From positions 66,216,001 through 66,280,000 of the forward strand of contig CM060733.1 of the NCBI GenBank assembly GCA_030704615.1: a stretch of 64,000 nucleotides of DNA. Direction: 5' to 3'. The first letter of the stretch is position 1; each line of letters opens with the position of its first letter. The stretch is from Takakia lepidozioides (taxonomy: Eukaryota; Plantae; Bryophyta). Position numbers and translations under genes: made by a program. Shown here piece by piece: positions 35,501 through 47,799 of the stretch. The notes beneath the pieces are model-generated. The model ran no database searches. It saw only the letters and a program-made list of their open reading frames with translations, and had not been told where the DNA came from.

Positions 35501-36700
35501 TCGTCGTTGCGAGTGTGCCAGTGGGTATCCCATGTTGACAATTCCTCCGCAGTGGGTCCACGAGATTCGCCGTCCTCATTCTCAAGGGAAACGTAGAAGG
35601 CTGGCGAACCTAAACGGTACCCTTCTCGAAATGCGAACTTGAGCTTATCCACATCTTCGGGAAGTGCCTGCCTGACGATGGGAAGGGAGACCATGCGACA
35701 GAGTGGGACTCGAAGAGTCCGCTGGAATACCCTACTGCCCAGAACTCTGCCAATGCTACTATGTGTCTCCTCCAACATTGTATCCGCTGCACTTTGGAAT
35801 TCCTCCGGAGACATTTCTGCTGGTGGCGGTAGGGGCTGAGCAGCTGGAGCATCCCCAACTGGAGCTGCACTCTGGGGAATCTTTGTGGACAATTCTGCAA
35901 TCGCAGAGGCCTCCTCCTCTTCCTCAACTGTGGTCAGGTCTTGCTGCGAACGTTGAGAGGCAGCACCCTCCTCCGGCACCAGATCGACGGTCGATCCCAT
36001 TGCCTTCGTTGCAGCAGAGACGCCCCCAACATCACCAGGCTGGAAATCAAGCAGGAACTGGGCTTCAACTCGTGGAATCGCTTTTGCGGGAGACTGCTCC
36101 GCCCTCCCCCTGATTGCCTTGTGCTTCCTCATTCTTGCAGGTGAAGGTGTCTGCTGCAATTGAATCTGCTTCATTCGCCTGGGTGGGGGGAAACGGCCTG
36201 GTCCGGTTCATAAACAAGTTGAAGGACGGGCTGCTTCTTCTTCGTCTTTGCTGGAGAAGGGCTAGACCCCTGCTGGCGATTCTCCATGACCTTTGAAGGC
36301 GAGTCGTTCTCTGGGGCTTTGAACTGCAAAGACTTGCCCTTGGAAGCCGCGTCCTTGAAACGCACAAGGCTAGGACCGGCAGGAAGACCCGTGCTCGTGG
36401 ATCGGCTGGGTGTGCATGCTGCAGCTAGCTCCACGGACTCTGCCTGCGGCTCTTCGGATTCCTGCGATCCCTCCAGCACGTCCACCTTTCCGGTTAGGCA
36501 TGCAACATCTTCTGCAGTCAAGTCTCCTAGCATACAGTCTAAGAATTGCAGAAGAAAAATGAGGCGGGTTTCGGTGCTCGATCAGCTGGCGAATCCCGAT
36601 AGCACGGAGCTCTCACTGGTGGCTGGGTTGCCTGCGTGGCCTGATGCTACGAGATGGCAATCTCCTCCTGTAGACGCATCTGCTTCCTCCCCTTCGGCAT
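32525..36700 (-). pseudogene. Spliced cargo gene: ParB/Srx-like domain fused to beta-class N6A/N4C DNA methyltransferase-like domain; 3' part rearranged
   Basis: ParB: LRVPLCRM...DVDKLKFAF...FFVWDGNHRLLAWW (35404-35433)...VECVIL. MTase motifs in beta order: CDMIILDIPDG (34642-34674), LARMVLDDRGYVVVL, KKWTCIN, FDAYCFVKE, SRIRSPAFIQTIMETC..EGTMLDLICGTG|ASMWAGRFSDRHLFAYEED. Introns 35281-35170, 34979-34880, 34398-34303. Several in-frame stops and frameshifts; start approximate. Confidence 0.8.
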
Positions 36701-37069
36701 TGGCCTACGTCGGAAATACAATTTTCGGAGCTTGCGACGATGTCTCTTCTCTGGTGCACGCACTCCTTCCCTCTCAGGTTCGAGCATAAGAAGAACATAG
36801 ACAGGGAAAAAGGGCGAAGAGTGCAAATGGAAAGGGCGCGAGAGGGGTGACTGAGGAGACACGACAAAAGAAGATGAAACGGCGGTGATGCACCACTTGG
36901 GTTTGAAAGGGTTGGACGAAAGTGTCTCCTCGTGGACTTTGCGTCATTACGAAATTCAAATCGTTCAGGGTACGCCTGCCGTCCGAAAAACAAACATCAT
37001 TATCCAACGGTCAGGCCGCGCCGCCTCATGCCACTTCAGTCAAATAGTGGCGGAAGGTGCGACTCCGAT

Positions 37070-37885
37070 GGAAATGCGGTACCGCATTTCAGTTCCGATG
37101 TTTCACGATTTTTCGTCAGAACGGAAATGCGGTGCCGCATTTCCGTTCTGGAGAGTATGAAGGTCTCACCCGGGCGGAATTGCGGTGCCGCATTTCCGTT
37201 CTGGAATGTCGGGAGGTGCGACTCGGATGGAAATGCGCTGCCGCATTTCAGTTCCGATGATTCATGATTTTCAGTCAGAACGGAAATGTGGTACCGCATT
37301 TCCGTTCTGAATAGTATGAATGTCTCAAGCGGTCGGAATTGCGCTGTAGCTTTTCCGTCACTCGGCTCCATGCCTCAGATACAAAACGGAAATGCGGCGC
37401 CGCATTTCCGTTCTGGAATGTCGGAAAGTGCAACTCGGACGGAAATGCGGTGCCGCATTTCAGTTCCGATGGTTCAGGATTTTCAGTCAGAACGGAAATG
37501 CGGTATTTCCGTTCTGGAGAGTATGAAGGTCTTGTGAGGACGGAAATGCGGTGCAACATTTCTATCCCTCAGCTCCATGCGTCAGATACAAAACGGAAAT
37601 GCGGCGCCGTATTTCTGTTCTGGTATGTCGGAAGGTGCGACTCGGACGGAAATGCGGTGCCGCATTTCTGTTCCCGTTGTTCATAATTCTCAATCAGAAC
37701 GGAAATGCGGTACCGCATTTCCGTTCCACCTTCACATACCGTGCTTGCTGGATGGAAATGCGTTACCGCATTTCCGTTCTGGAGAGTATAAAGGTTTCCC
37801 CCGGAAGGAAACTCGGTGCCGCATTTCCGTCGCTCTGGTGCATGACGAAGATGCAAAACGGAAATGCGGCGCCGTATTTCCGTTC
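37070..37885. repeat. Array of 16 palindromes GGAAATGCGGYRCCGCATTTCC at an exact 53-bp period
   Basis: Starts 37070, 37123, 37176, 37229, 37282, 37335, 37388, 37441, 37494, 37542 (after a 5-bp deletion), 37595, 37648, 37701, 37754, 37807, 37860; 31-bp spacers of about five recurring types. Confidence 0.95.
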
Positions 37886-38317
37886 AGCAGCAATCGAAAG
37901 TATCATTTCGGACGAAAATCTGGAACCTCATTTCCGCATGCTGAACCTGAATGGGTTGCATTGTTCCGAAACAACACAATTGCGGCCAGTCTTGATGAGC
38001 ACAACTTGGTTGTCTGACCGTTTTAACTAATAGTACTGGCACTTGTCAGTGCGAACGTTCCTGTCTGCACCGAGAATACTGCTGGATCCACCCTCAGGAG
38101 AAACTGTCAGGAGATGTTATCTTGTCGCCGAATCGGCCATCATTGTCTAACTTACTGGCTATGGAATCACACCTCCCACCTTCATGCATGTAGCTTGAAA
38201 CAATACTTTCCACTTCAATGTGCGACTTCCAATCGTCGATGGACTCCGCATGGTGCCTGTGAGCCTTGGTCTGTCGCTATACTGAACCTCGCACTTGCCA
38301 ACTTCGTGCGGTCTTCG

Positions 38318-41300
38318 ATGGCTCCGAATTCCTACGCTATAGTTTGCTGTCCTCTGCAACTTGGGAGAGCCTGGATCCCAAACGAGGGAGGACTTTGCAG
38401 AGTGACTGAAACTTACCTTTGTTCCAAATTCAAGCTCAAACCGGGCACAGTTTATTTGGAAGAAGAAAGGAAGGATGTTCCTGGACAGGTTGACGAGACC
38501 ATTGTCGTGCTAGGTAACGACGGAGGTTGCGGAATCGAATGGCACGTACCCCCATCAGACACCATCCTGTACCGAGCTGTGGGAATGCCCATTCCCTTTC
38601 CGAATCAATCGCTGCCCACACCATCCACAAAGGAGTCCGGAAACCGACAGGCGGCCACTGCCAACGGAGAGGTATGCAACGATAATCATTCCCGACCTGG
38701 ACCGTCAAGACCCTCCATAGCTTCTCGTGTGGACGTATTCGACATTTCCGACGATGAAGATGAGTGCATTGAGGTCCCCATGTCCTCCACACGGTCATTC
38801 AAATCCAAGATGGACGTCTCTACAAGTGCTACGCATGTACCCTCGAGCATAACTCCAACCCGGTCCATTGTGCAGCTCCTACGGCAACATCACCTCGATG
38901 GTTCTCGCTCCGAGCTGGCTGCTCTCGACTATGCCAAATTTCCAGTCAGGAAGGTAACGTATCTGCCTCCTTGGCGAGAGGCAACATGCGTGAGGCTGTG
39001 CAGGAAGCACACGACATCATAAAAGAGGAGGTGAAATTGAGCCCCAGAGCCAAACCAAAGCAGATTCAGCTGAAGGCAGCCCACAAGATTGCTCTTGGCA
39101 AAATCATGTCTGAAGATGGTTCAGACCGAGTGCCCTTGAACGAAGAGGAGATGCTTGACCTGTTGGAGTCCGTCTCGCACGTTTGTAGTCCGAATGTGCG
39201 GAATCACATTGTATCTTGCAAGCAGGAGTTCGGCCGGGGGTCGGACATGCACTCAATCCTGGAGGTGAAACGAATGACTGGATATGACTACATCCAAGGT
39301 AGCAGGTTTCCAGGGCAAGGCAGCAAATCTGATCGTTGTTACATTTTTAAAATGTCGACGTGTGGGCCTGGGAGTAGAGTCGACTTGGTCACTCGCATGA
39401 CAACTGGAAACTTGTCGAATGCTTGGGTGATGTTTGATCACATCAAGCGAATTACAAACCATCAGTGGGTGACTATGGGTGTGCATGTTTATGACTATCA
39501 CTCCAAGAGGCTCATGACGATTGCAATCTGCGAGATGAAAGGGGAGGACACACAGTCGGAGATGCATCTGTGGGAGGGCATAAACGAGCAGATGGCAAGG
39601 GCGGGATTGCCAAAGCCCAATTTTAGGGGATTCATGGCAGACAACGCTCAGGCCAACTGGGCAGCGGTGCGGCGTGTGTACGGTGAGGACCCCAATGTTC
39701 CAATGGAGGGGAAAGAGAGATCCTGTGGATTCCATTGGATGCAGAGTCTATCTCACTACACTACCAAATTTGTTGCTAGCTCATTCCAGGCTGAACACCG
39801 TGTCCTTTGTACGGCGTGGAAGGATGCACCCACATTTGATGACGCGGAGGTTAAGTTTGCTATTATCGAGGCTTGGTGGAACACGTCAGGTGCAGTGGAG
39901 ACAACCAATCTGGGAGCCTTGCACAGCTGGTTGGGGTGGTGGCATTTCCGGTATCGACAGTTCGGACAGTACATGCGGGAGGTATGATGCTGTCATTTTC
40001 GTGCAATTGTCTTTCTATTACAGACCTTTCCATTGGTTCCTCACCATTGTTTGTGTCCTTGTAGGAGCGGTGCTTGGATTCCGACACAGACATGCCGAAC
40101 ACGAATATGGCAGAATCAGTCCACTCCTCTTGGCGAGCGTCTTCTGCCGCACATATGGTGACGTAGTGACGACCACAATGGAGGACATCGACAGAGCAAT
40201 CATGCAGCAAGCCACGTACTACAAGTTCCTGAGCGGGAAACAATGGGGCTTTGGGCCGGACAGGGAGGAATTGTTGGTACGAACAGCTTCGAGGTCGAAG
40301 AATCCACTAAAATGGGCGACAGCTTTGCGAGAGAAGATCAAAGGGACGCCTCTGCATCGCAGAGGTGAGCACCTAGAGGGGGACGTCCGTACTCGCCCTG
40401 TGAGGTGGAGGATTGAAGAGGAACCCGGGTGCGAAGAGGATTCCTAGAGATCCCACAGGAACATTCGGACAGCACCTCGAGGGCCCGTCATGTTGCCGCA
40501 CAATGTGTCTTCCAGCAGTGAAAGCCCAAGAAATTCCAGATCGCCATCGCCTTCAAGCGGGGATTCCATGCGAGAAATTCCCACCGCTCGCTTGCCCTAG
40601 ATTCCGCCCGTTGTTATGCAGTATGGCCAAGCCATTGTGGAGACGACTGTGTCTGCGTCACAGTGGAGAATTGCTCGCACAAAGCCGTCGTTTCAAGGCA
40701 GGTGTTCCGCAATTCGAGTGGATACACGGCAACGTTGTTTAGAGATGATAAGGAGGAATCCAGATGGTGTTGTCCCTGCTCCTACTTTTACAGGAAGATT
40801 TGTCCATGCAAAGTTTGCGGAGGCGACAACCACCCAGTTCTGGTTCTGCATGCACAACATTATGACTTGCGTGTATGGAAAGCCCAAGTACGGCATACAA
40901 ACAATGCCAGAGGCTCCCTTGGTGTGGCTGGTGGAACCAGAATGCGATCTGAGTCAGGTTGAGGCCAACGCCCTTACCGCCGCAGGATTTCGGATGGTGC
41001 AGCGCACTGACGTCCCCAGACAACCATTTTCGCTTCCACAGCCTCCACCACCGACCCCTATGAAAGCAAGAACAATGGGACCCGACAGCTCTAAGCATCC
41101 TACACACCGTTGGGGGAAACCGAAGAGGCGGCGACCTCCCTCGAAAGTGAACGAGACAAGGATGAGGAATGCACTTCGGATGAATTGTACAATCCAGAGC
41201 TCGACAGAAGTGCTCCCACCAGGCTTCGGGCGTGTGTATCAGATGGCCACGGCAGGCTCAGCTGTTCGCAATGAGGTGTACACCATCACCATTTCAGAAT

Positions 41301-41494
41301 TACCCACCTGCAATTGCACCGACTTCCAGATCATGGCGAACAAGGGGGCATCATACTGCCCTTGCAAGCATCTGTACTACGTGTACCTAAAGAGACTCCG
41401 GTGTAATTCCACAACTCATCACTTCATACATGCACCAGGGTTGAGCCCCCAAGAGGTGCACACTCTTCTGAATATGGATCCAGGGGACCAGTGA
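38318..41494 (+). pseudogene. MULE transposase (DDE plus C-terminal SWIM zinc finger), intron 39982-40064
   Basis: VMFDH (D1), PNFRGFMADNAQANWAAVRRVY (D2), CGFHW (CxxH), NTNMAESVH (E), TCNCTDF...CPCKHLYYV (SWIM). Internal deletion at ~38970, frameshift ~40160, TAG stops. Confidence 0.88.
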
Positions 41495-42219
41495 GCTTGG
41501 CTTGCGGTCCCAACACTATGGTACGCCCATCCTTTTCGGATAGTAGAACTGTACTACTGCAAGTAGCTCTGACTCTGGCCACAGAAAGGTCCGACTTATG
41601 TCTTGCCTACCAGTAACCTGTTTTGCTCGAACTAAGATAATACTATGTCATTCACTCGTGTTTCCACGTGCATGTATTTTTGTGTGTTGGAGGGTTCATG
41701 TTTTTTTGCTCTCCCAAATTTTGCTTTCCTCCTTCGACCCCCGGCAAGGAAATGCGGCGCCGCATTTCCAAGTAACGTCATAGGTACTGGTAGATGCGGC
41801 ATTCGCCAACACCAAACTGCCCAGAAATTTCGCACATACGAACCCTAATGCGGCACCGTATTTCCCAGTTGAGTCGCAAACCTTTCCCGCCGAATACTCG
41901 AAGATGACAGAATTGTGCAGACTCTATTGGTTCAATCGCGGTAAAAGGGTCAGCTTCATTCCAATGTTAAGGCATGTAAAATCGCGGAATACTCTATACA
42001 GGCCAGTATGCGACGTCCTTTTGCCGTGGTATACTGGATTTCTCGTTACACGGTCACTCATTTCCATGAGCGGATCTAAAAAACCATGAGCGGAGTTGTT
42101 ACTGACGACATATCTTCGCTGCATTACAGGATCTGGAACTTCCAAAAACGGCAAGGTCAAATAAAAAAACTATTATTTTAATACTTGTTTAATCTGCCGC
42201 ATTTCCAAATTTGGAGGAG

Positions 42220-42325
42220 TCCGCTCATGAAATCCGCGTGTCTTAGACTTCGGCTCACCGCTCATGCGGCTCATGCGGCTCATGGCTCATGGCTCATGAT
42301 TTCTGCTCATGAAATAGTAAACCTC
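42220..42325 (-). repeat. Right terminal inverted repeat of MULE1
   Basis: Minus strand GAGGTTTACTATTTCATGAGCA + (CATGAGC)n; matches 57136 GAGGTTAGCTATTTCATGAGCA at 20/22; interrupts a gag ORF. Confidence 0.8.
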
Positions 42326-45300
42326 CTCTTTTTCTCCTGCCATGTTGCACTTTCTGGATATTGTTTCCGTTCTTCTTCAATCTCCTTATCTGGAGGTTTC
42401 TGTTTCTTGGCCTGAGTTTGGGTTACCGCAAGAGTATCCACTACAGGGGTTACCACACTTACGGCTACATTTGGTCCGGCTTCCATATTTCCCACTTCTG
42501 CCTCATGCTTGATTCGCAATTGGCATTCATGTTTCCAGTGTCCCTCTTTCTTGCAATAGTGGCATCTCGTGATTTCTTTGTTTCTGGGTTGATGTTCCCT
42601 ATCCCTTGGTGGATATTCATTTTGTGGCCTCTGATAACGATTACCCATGTTGTATCGTCTTGGTTCGTCCGATCCTCCCCATCGGATTTGGACTTGGTGT
42701 ACCCCCACCTCTCGTGTGTACCCAGTCTTCTTGGCCCGTTGGTTGTAAATACAATGGCTGGTATTATGATTGTTCATATGACAAATATCACAATATTTGT
42801 CCTTCATATGGCATTCCGTTGCCAGGTGTCCTGCAGTCCCGCATTTGTGACACCATGTTGCCTTTCGTGGCCCTTCATCTTTAAAATTCTTGATAGCCTC
42901 TGCTATCTTCTGATCCAAAGTGGTTTTGTCAATCACTTCTTTCTTCTTTTGCTTGGGCTTTTCTTCATCATCAGAGTCTTCTTCTTCCAAGAGATCCTTG
43001 GAATCTTTGCTTCTGCTCTGATGGAATCCCAATTCCAACTTCTTTGCAGTCCCTACTACTTCAGCCAAAGTGTTGTTAGGCATGACTGTAACCATGGTTA
43101 CGTATTCAGGACGAAGTCCATTGATGAACCATGATTTTTGCAAATCATCCCTTGGTGCTTGAGGTAGCTTCCTGATCAGAGTCTTCATTCTCTCCAAGTA
43201 GTCGACTACCAATTCTTTCTTTTTCTGTCTTAGGTTCTGTAATCCTGTGAAGATTTCAGACGTGGATTTGTTGGATCTATATCTTTCTTGAAACGCGGCT
43301 CTCATATCCGCCCAATTCGCAAAGTGATTGGCTGGGAAAGTTGCCAACCATTCAATGCCTTTTCGGGCCATTGAACAAGGAAATAGTCGGATCTTCTCTT
43401 GGTCTGTTGCTTCATTGTAAATGGTGCACATGTTTTCAAATTGATTAAGATGGATATTTGGATCAGATTTCCCATCATATAAAGGAAATGGTGGTCTGGT
43501 TTTGCTTGTTGCTAAAGCCATCGGTGTAGCTGGTGCAACTGGTTGTCCAAACTGGGATGGTCCCGCTGCTGCTGGTTGTGGTGGTGTTGGTGTTTGTCTT
43601 CCAAACAATGATTCAAAGCTAGGAGGTCCTTGTCCCAATGATAGTCGTCTTCCAGCTGCTGTCCCTACTAAGCTTAATGAATCTTTAAAAGCTTTGAGTG
43701 CAGTTCTGGTTATCTTTTCTGGAGAAGTGCTTTCACTTCTTTCACCTTCTTCACTCAAAATGTTCTCAAATCTTTCTTCTAATATTTCAGCAAAACCTCT
43801 ATTTGGGCTTGTTACTGTAGAAGGTCCTTCAGATCTTTCTTGTGGTAACCATTCACCAAGTACATTACTGGCAACTTCTTCTGGTGTAGTGTTCCCACTT
43901 CCCACCGATCCGATTTCCTGATCTTCTGGTTTATCACTGTTTGATGTCTCACCTTGAATAATTTTCAAGTTCTGTAATTCTAGGAACTCTCCTCTTAACC
44001 AAGCCTCCTTTTCTGCAGCATATTTCTCTATTCGTTCAGCTCTGTCTTGTTTAGTTTTTTCCTTAATTTCCTCTTTCATTCCCACATCATATGTAGAATT
44101 CCTTTTCAGTACCCTTTAAAACAGTCTTGGTATGTCAGTAAAGAAAATTTATAGTGTCTCTACCCTTTCTTCAAGACTCATCCTATCTTGCAAGAATCCG
44201 TATTACAACTTAATTTTCCTTTTTACTGATTGATCACCAAACTTTTTAATGAGCACAATAATACCATCTGTCTTTTTCAGTGTATCTGACTTGCAATAAG
44301 TCTTTGGGTATCCAGTACTCCACTGCTTCTATGATCGTGTGACAATATTCATAATTTGAACATCATTCTCTGAAAATATAACTAGTGTAACAAACTTTTC
44401 TGATTGGGATTAGAGTAATCAATAGAGCTAGACGAGACAACCACTCTTCACTTCTAAACCTACATTCCCAAGGTGCTCGTGTAATATTGATCACTCCTCC
44501 CTTCAATCCCCATTTGTCATCTTCTTTCACGACTGACATAAAGATTTTCTGTTGTATTGCTCTTGGTAAACCATGAATTTTTTCCATGAATGTTTTCCAT
44601 TCCTTTGCTTCTGTTGACTCGTTCTGTCGTGATTTCAAGAAATCACTGAGTAACCATCCTTCTTTGAGTACTTTTGAACTCAACATACCGTTAGTCCCCA
44701 GTATGGTCGCCAAATGTTAACCGCTGGTTTATGACTTAGACAAAACAGGCTATTAACACTACTGCCCATTTCCTAAGACATGCAATAGAGGTTGTCCGAC
44801 GGTATGCTTTCAAAAACGATTACGAAGTAATCGTTTTAAGGATAGCTAAACCATGAATGTCGGATGAAGCCATATCCTTGCAGACTGCTTAATCCTATTG
44901 ATTAAGACCAATCTACAGTCTCTTAAGCATAAAGATCTTAGTTGAAAGGACTGAAGCCTCTTGGTTCATACAAGCAGATGGTAGTCAAGAGAAAACAAGA
45001 ATTATTCTGAGATGATACACATTCTCACCATCTCACGTTCACTCTCACTCACATCTACAAACGAGATCTCGATAGCATGGCTTTACTTTCAGAGCCGTCA
45101 CCCCTCATCACAGAAGTACACAGAATCACTCTGAGTCCCTCTAAAATACACATTGATCACTGATACTCCTACCACCGCACATCTTCTTAGTTGCGTGCAG
45201 TCTTTTTAATACTATGCTCGAAAGAGCCGTTACAACAGCCTGCGGTCGTTAATGACCGTTTGTCTAACTGCCTACGCAACCTAAAAGGTTTGCTAAAAGT

Positions 45301-45450
45301 GGCTCGTTGTCTGGTCGTGAGCCATAGTGGTAAACGGTCCACTACTACTCCTCTATTGGTTAAAGCCGATGCTATCGTGACCGTGTGATATCGTGGTTCA
45401 CACAGCTCACGGTTACTAAACTACCCCTTATGGCTCTCGTGGTAATGTAC
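42326..45450 (-). mobile_element. Truncated Ty3/gypsy element, second family of the same lineage: LTR (from 44715), PBS, 5' ORF remnant, gag (42326-44085)
   Basis: PPFPLYDGKSDPNIHLNQFE...IRLFPCSM, LRQKKKE, WFINGLRP, three CCHC knuckles; same PBS. Far end of LTR uncertain. Confidence 0.85.
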
Positions 45451-45589
45451 CCTGTCCCCATTGGCAAGTACCCGCGACTTACCATCTCTTTCTCTGCTTG
45501 TGGCTCAAGTAGTGTACGTCCATCACTACCCAGTATGTAAACGTTGCGACCTCGTTGTCTGTCCTCGTAGCATAGCCGTTATCAAGCAT

Positions 45590-47795
45590 GTTTGGGGGCG
45601 CGTGTCACCCCCTCGGAGCGCAAATGGAAGAGGCGATTTAATGCTTCTGAAAGCGAGGCTCTCAAGAACGGGAGGATTTGGGAGTTTGGAGCCCGAGGAC
45701 TTCCAAGAGGCTCCACCAGACCAACAGATGTCTCCCATGCCAGCAGTCTTTGGGGAAGGGGTGTTGGTGCAGTTTGGCGGGACGTTGAAGACGTGGATGA
45801 AGGTGCTAATGCCCACTCCACTAAGGCAAAGTTTAAAGTGAAGCCTAAGGAAACCCCGGCACCTTCGAGGCGTCCAAAATCGGAAGGCACTCAACACTCT
45901 TGGCTCTTGAACTGAGCAGTACTCCTGGGCGGGGCCAAGTTGAGTGACGAGGATCGGGTGGAAGTGGCTCCTACCTATTTGAGGGGCTATGCTCAACAAT
46001 GGTGGCAGAAGCGCCTTCATGACCAAGGGCCAAACCCACAAACCTTGAGCTGGAGTGGGTTCAAGGAACTTATGAAAAGACAGTTTGTGCCCCTCAATGC
46101 GTCCTGGCTCGCCCGGGACAAGATGAGGAACTTGAAGCAAACGGATGACATTCGGGGATATGTTCAGGCTTTCAATGTGCTGTAGCTCGAAGTCGCGGAT
46201 ATGGCGGAACCAGAAATGGTCTTCAACTTTGTGGTGGGACCGGCCCCATGGGCCAGGCGAAAGTTGGAGGAGAGGCCACCAAAGACTTTGAACGAGGCAA
46301 ATGAAAGGGTTGAATGTTTCTCGAATGTCCCTGGGGGCAAAAGACAAGGCCGTACGGAGTTGAACCACAAGAAGGCCCGGCGGGAGGGTGACTTCTTCCG
46401 ACCGGAAAAGAAGTGGGATAGGCCACGCGGTGACAATGGAGCATGGAAATCAAAGGGAGCGCCTTCGCACGTGAAGGCGGCACCCGGTGCTCCGAAAGGA
46501 AAATCAAGCGCGTCGGCTCATGGCGGACAAAATGCGACTTTTGATGGAGTGTGCTTTAATTGCGCCTGAAAGAGGCAGTTCATCAAGAAGCTAAAGGTTG
46601 TTGGCGCGTTGGTGAGCCCAAAAAGCATCACCAAAAATTCGTACGAGCCATACCTTGTCCTGCAAGCTGTCTTTTCCTCATCTCCTTCCGCTATCCGGAT
46701 CTGGTGGTAACCCGAGCGTAAATCGATCTGGCTGAAATACTTTGCTCCTACCAACCGATCGAAGAGGTTGTCGATCCTTGGCAAAGGATACCGATTTTGA
46801 TAGTTACCTTATTCAGAGCCCTGTAATCGACACACATCCGCAGTGTCCCATCCTTCTTATCTGCGAATAGTACCGGGGCTCCGTAAGGTGACTTACTTGG
46901 CCGGATGTACCCCTTTGCCATTAAATCCTTGAGTTGGGCCTTCAGCTCGATCAACTCTCTGTGGCTCAACCGGTAGGGCGTATTGGCAGGCGGCTCCAAT
47001 CCCGGCATCACCTCTATCTTGTGGTCAACTCCTCTTCGCGGTGGCAAGCCACTTGGTAGATCCTCCGGCATCACATCCTGGTATTTCTCCAGGATCCCCT
47101 TGATCCAATCCGGGCTCGGCTCCCTATCGACTTTTCCTTCCACTTGTCTCACGTAGAGCAAAAATTGGGGCTCGTGTGGCTCCTCCACGGCCCACTCCTT
47201 TGCTGTCAGCAGGTTTATTTGCCCTCCCACTCGGTTGGGCATTTCCGACACCCGTAAAACTTCGTCACCATTCCCACATGGTAGCGTGACTATTCTCTTG
47301 TGGCCATCTATGACCGCTCCGGATTTGCTCAAGAAGGCATCCCCAAAATGAGATCCACTCCATCGATCTCGCAAATGGTGAAGTTCTCACGTCCCTCCCA
47401 ACTCCCCAGCTAAAGAGGAACATTGAACGTCACCCTCGTCGCCAGTTGCGGTTCTCCTTTGGTAGAACGCACTTCAATAGAAGCCCCCACATCACTTGTT
47501 GGGAGGCCCAGCTTCTGTGCCATTGCTGATGTCATGAAGGAGTGCGACGCTCCTGTGTCCACCAACAACGACACATTAGTTCCGGAAATTACCCCACACA
47601 CGAACATTAGCTGACTCCCTTTACGCAAAGCTCTCGTCTCCTGATACAACTCACAAGAATAGTTGTCTACCTTGTAAGTCTTGGCGACCACCGCCTCCAC
47701 CAAGCGGCTGATGGATTCTTTGGACAGCTCCGTGGTCGCTCGAGCCACGTTCAACTGTCGGGGTTTCAGGCACTTCTTGGCCATGTGCCCGTTCT
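45590..47795. mobile_element. Chromovirus-type Ty3/gypsy fragment: gag on + (45590-46565), PR-RT inverted on - (46565-47795)
   Basis: YLRGYAQQWW...LKQTDDIRGYVQAF...CFNC (+); [80 protein letters not shown] (-). Confidence 0.88.
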
Positions 47796-47799
47796 AGGC

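Larger units (their letters stand above)
31560..42325 (+). mobile_element. MULE1: Mutator-like DNA transposon with cargo gene and palindrome arrays; right TIR present, left end missing
   Basis: DDE/SWIM transposase, G-starting TIR ending at 42325, and one palindrome family spread from 31609 to 42205. Confidence 0.8.

Noticed and set aside
32525-36700. Bacterial contamination as the source of ParB-MTase
   Set aside because: Gene has GT-AG introns, one inside motif I, and shares the palindrome with the surrounding MULE.
37070-37885. True CRISPR array
   Set aside because: Spacers recur as a few types, repeats are degenerate, there are no cas genes or leader, and the context is a spliced eukaryotic transposon.
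3666-42325. One giant ~38.7-kb MULE bounded by 3666 and 42325
   Set aside because: Termini only loosely similar, no TSD (tatgcccac vs ctctttttc), different flanking hosts and different palindrome arms.
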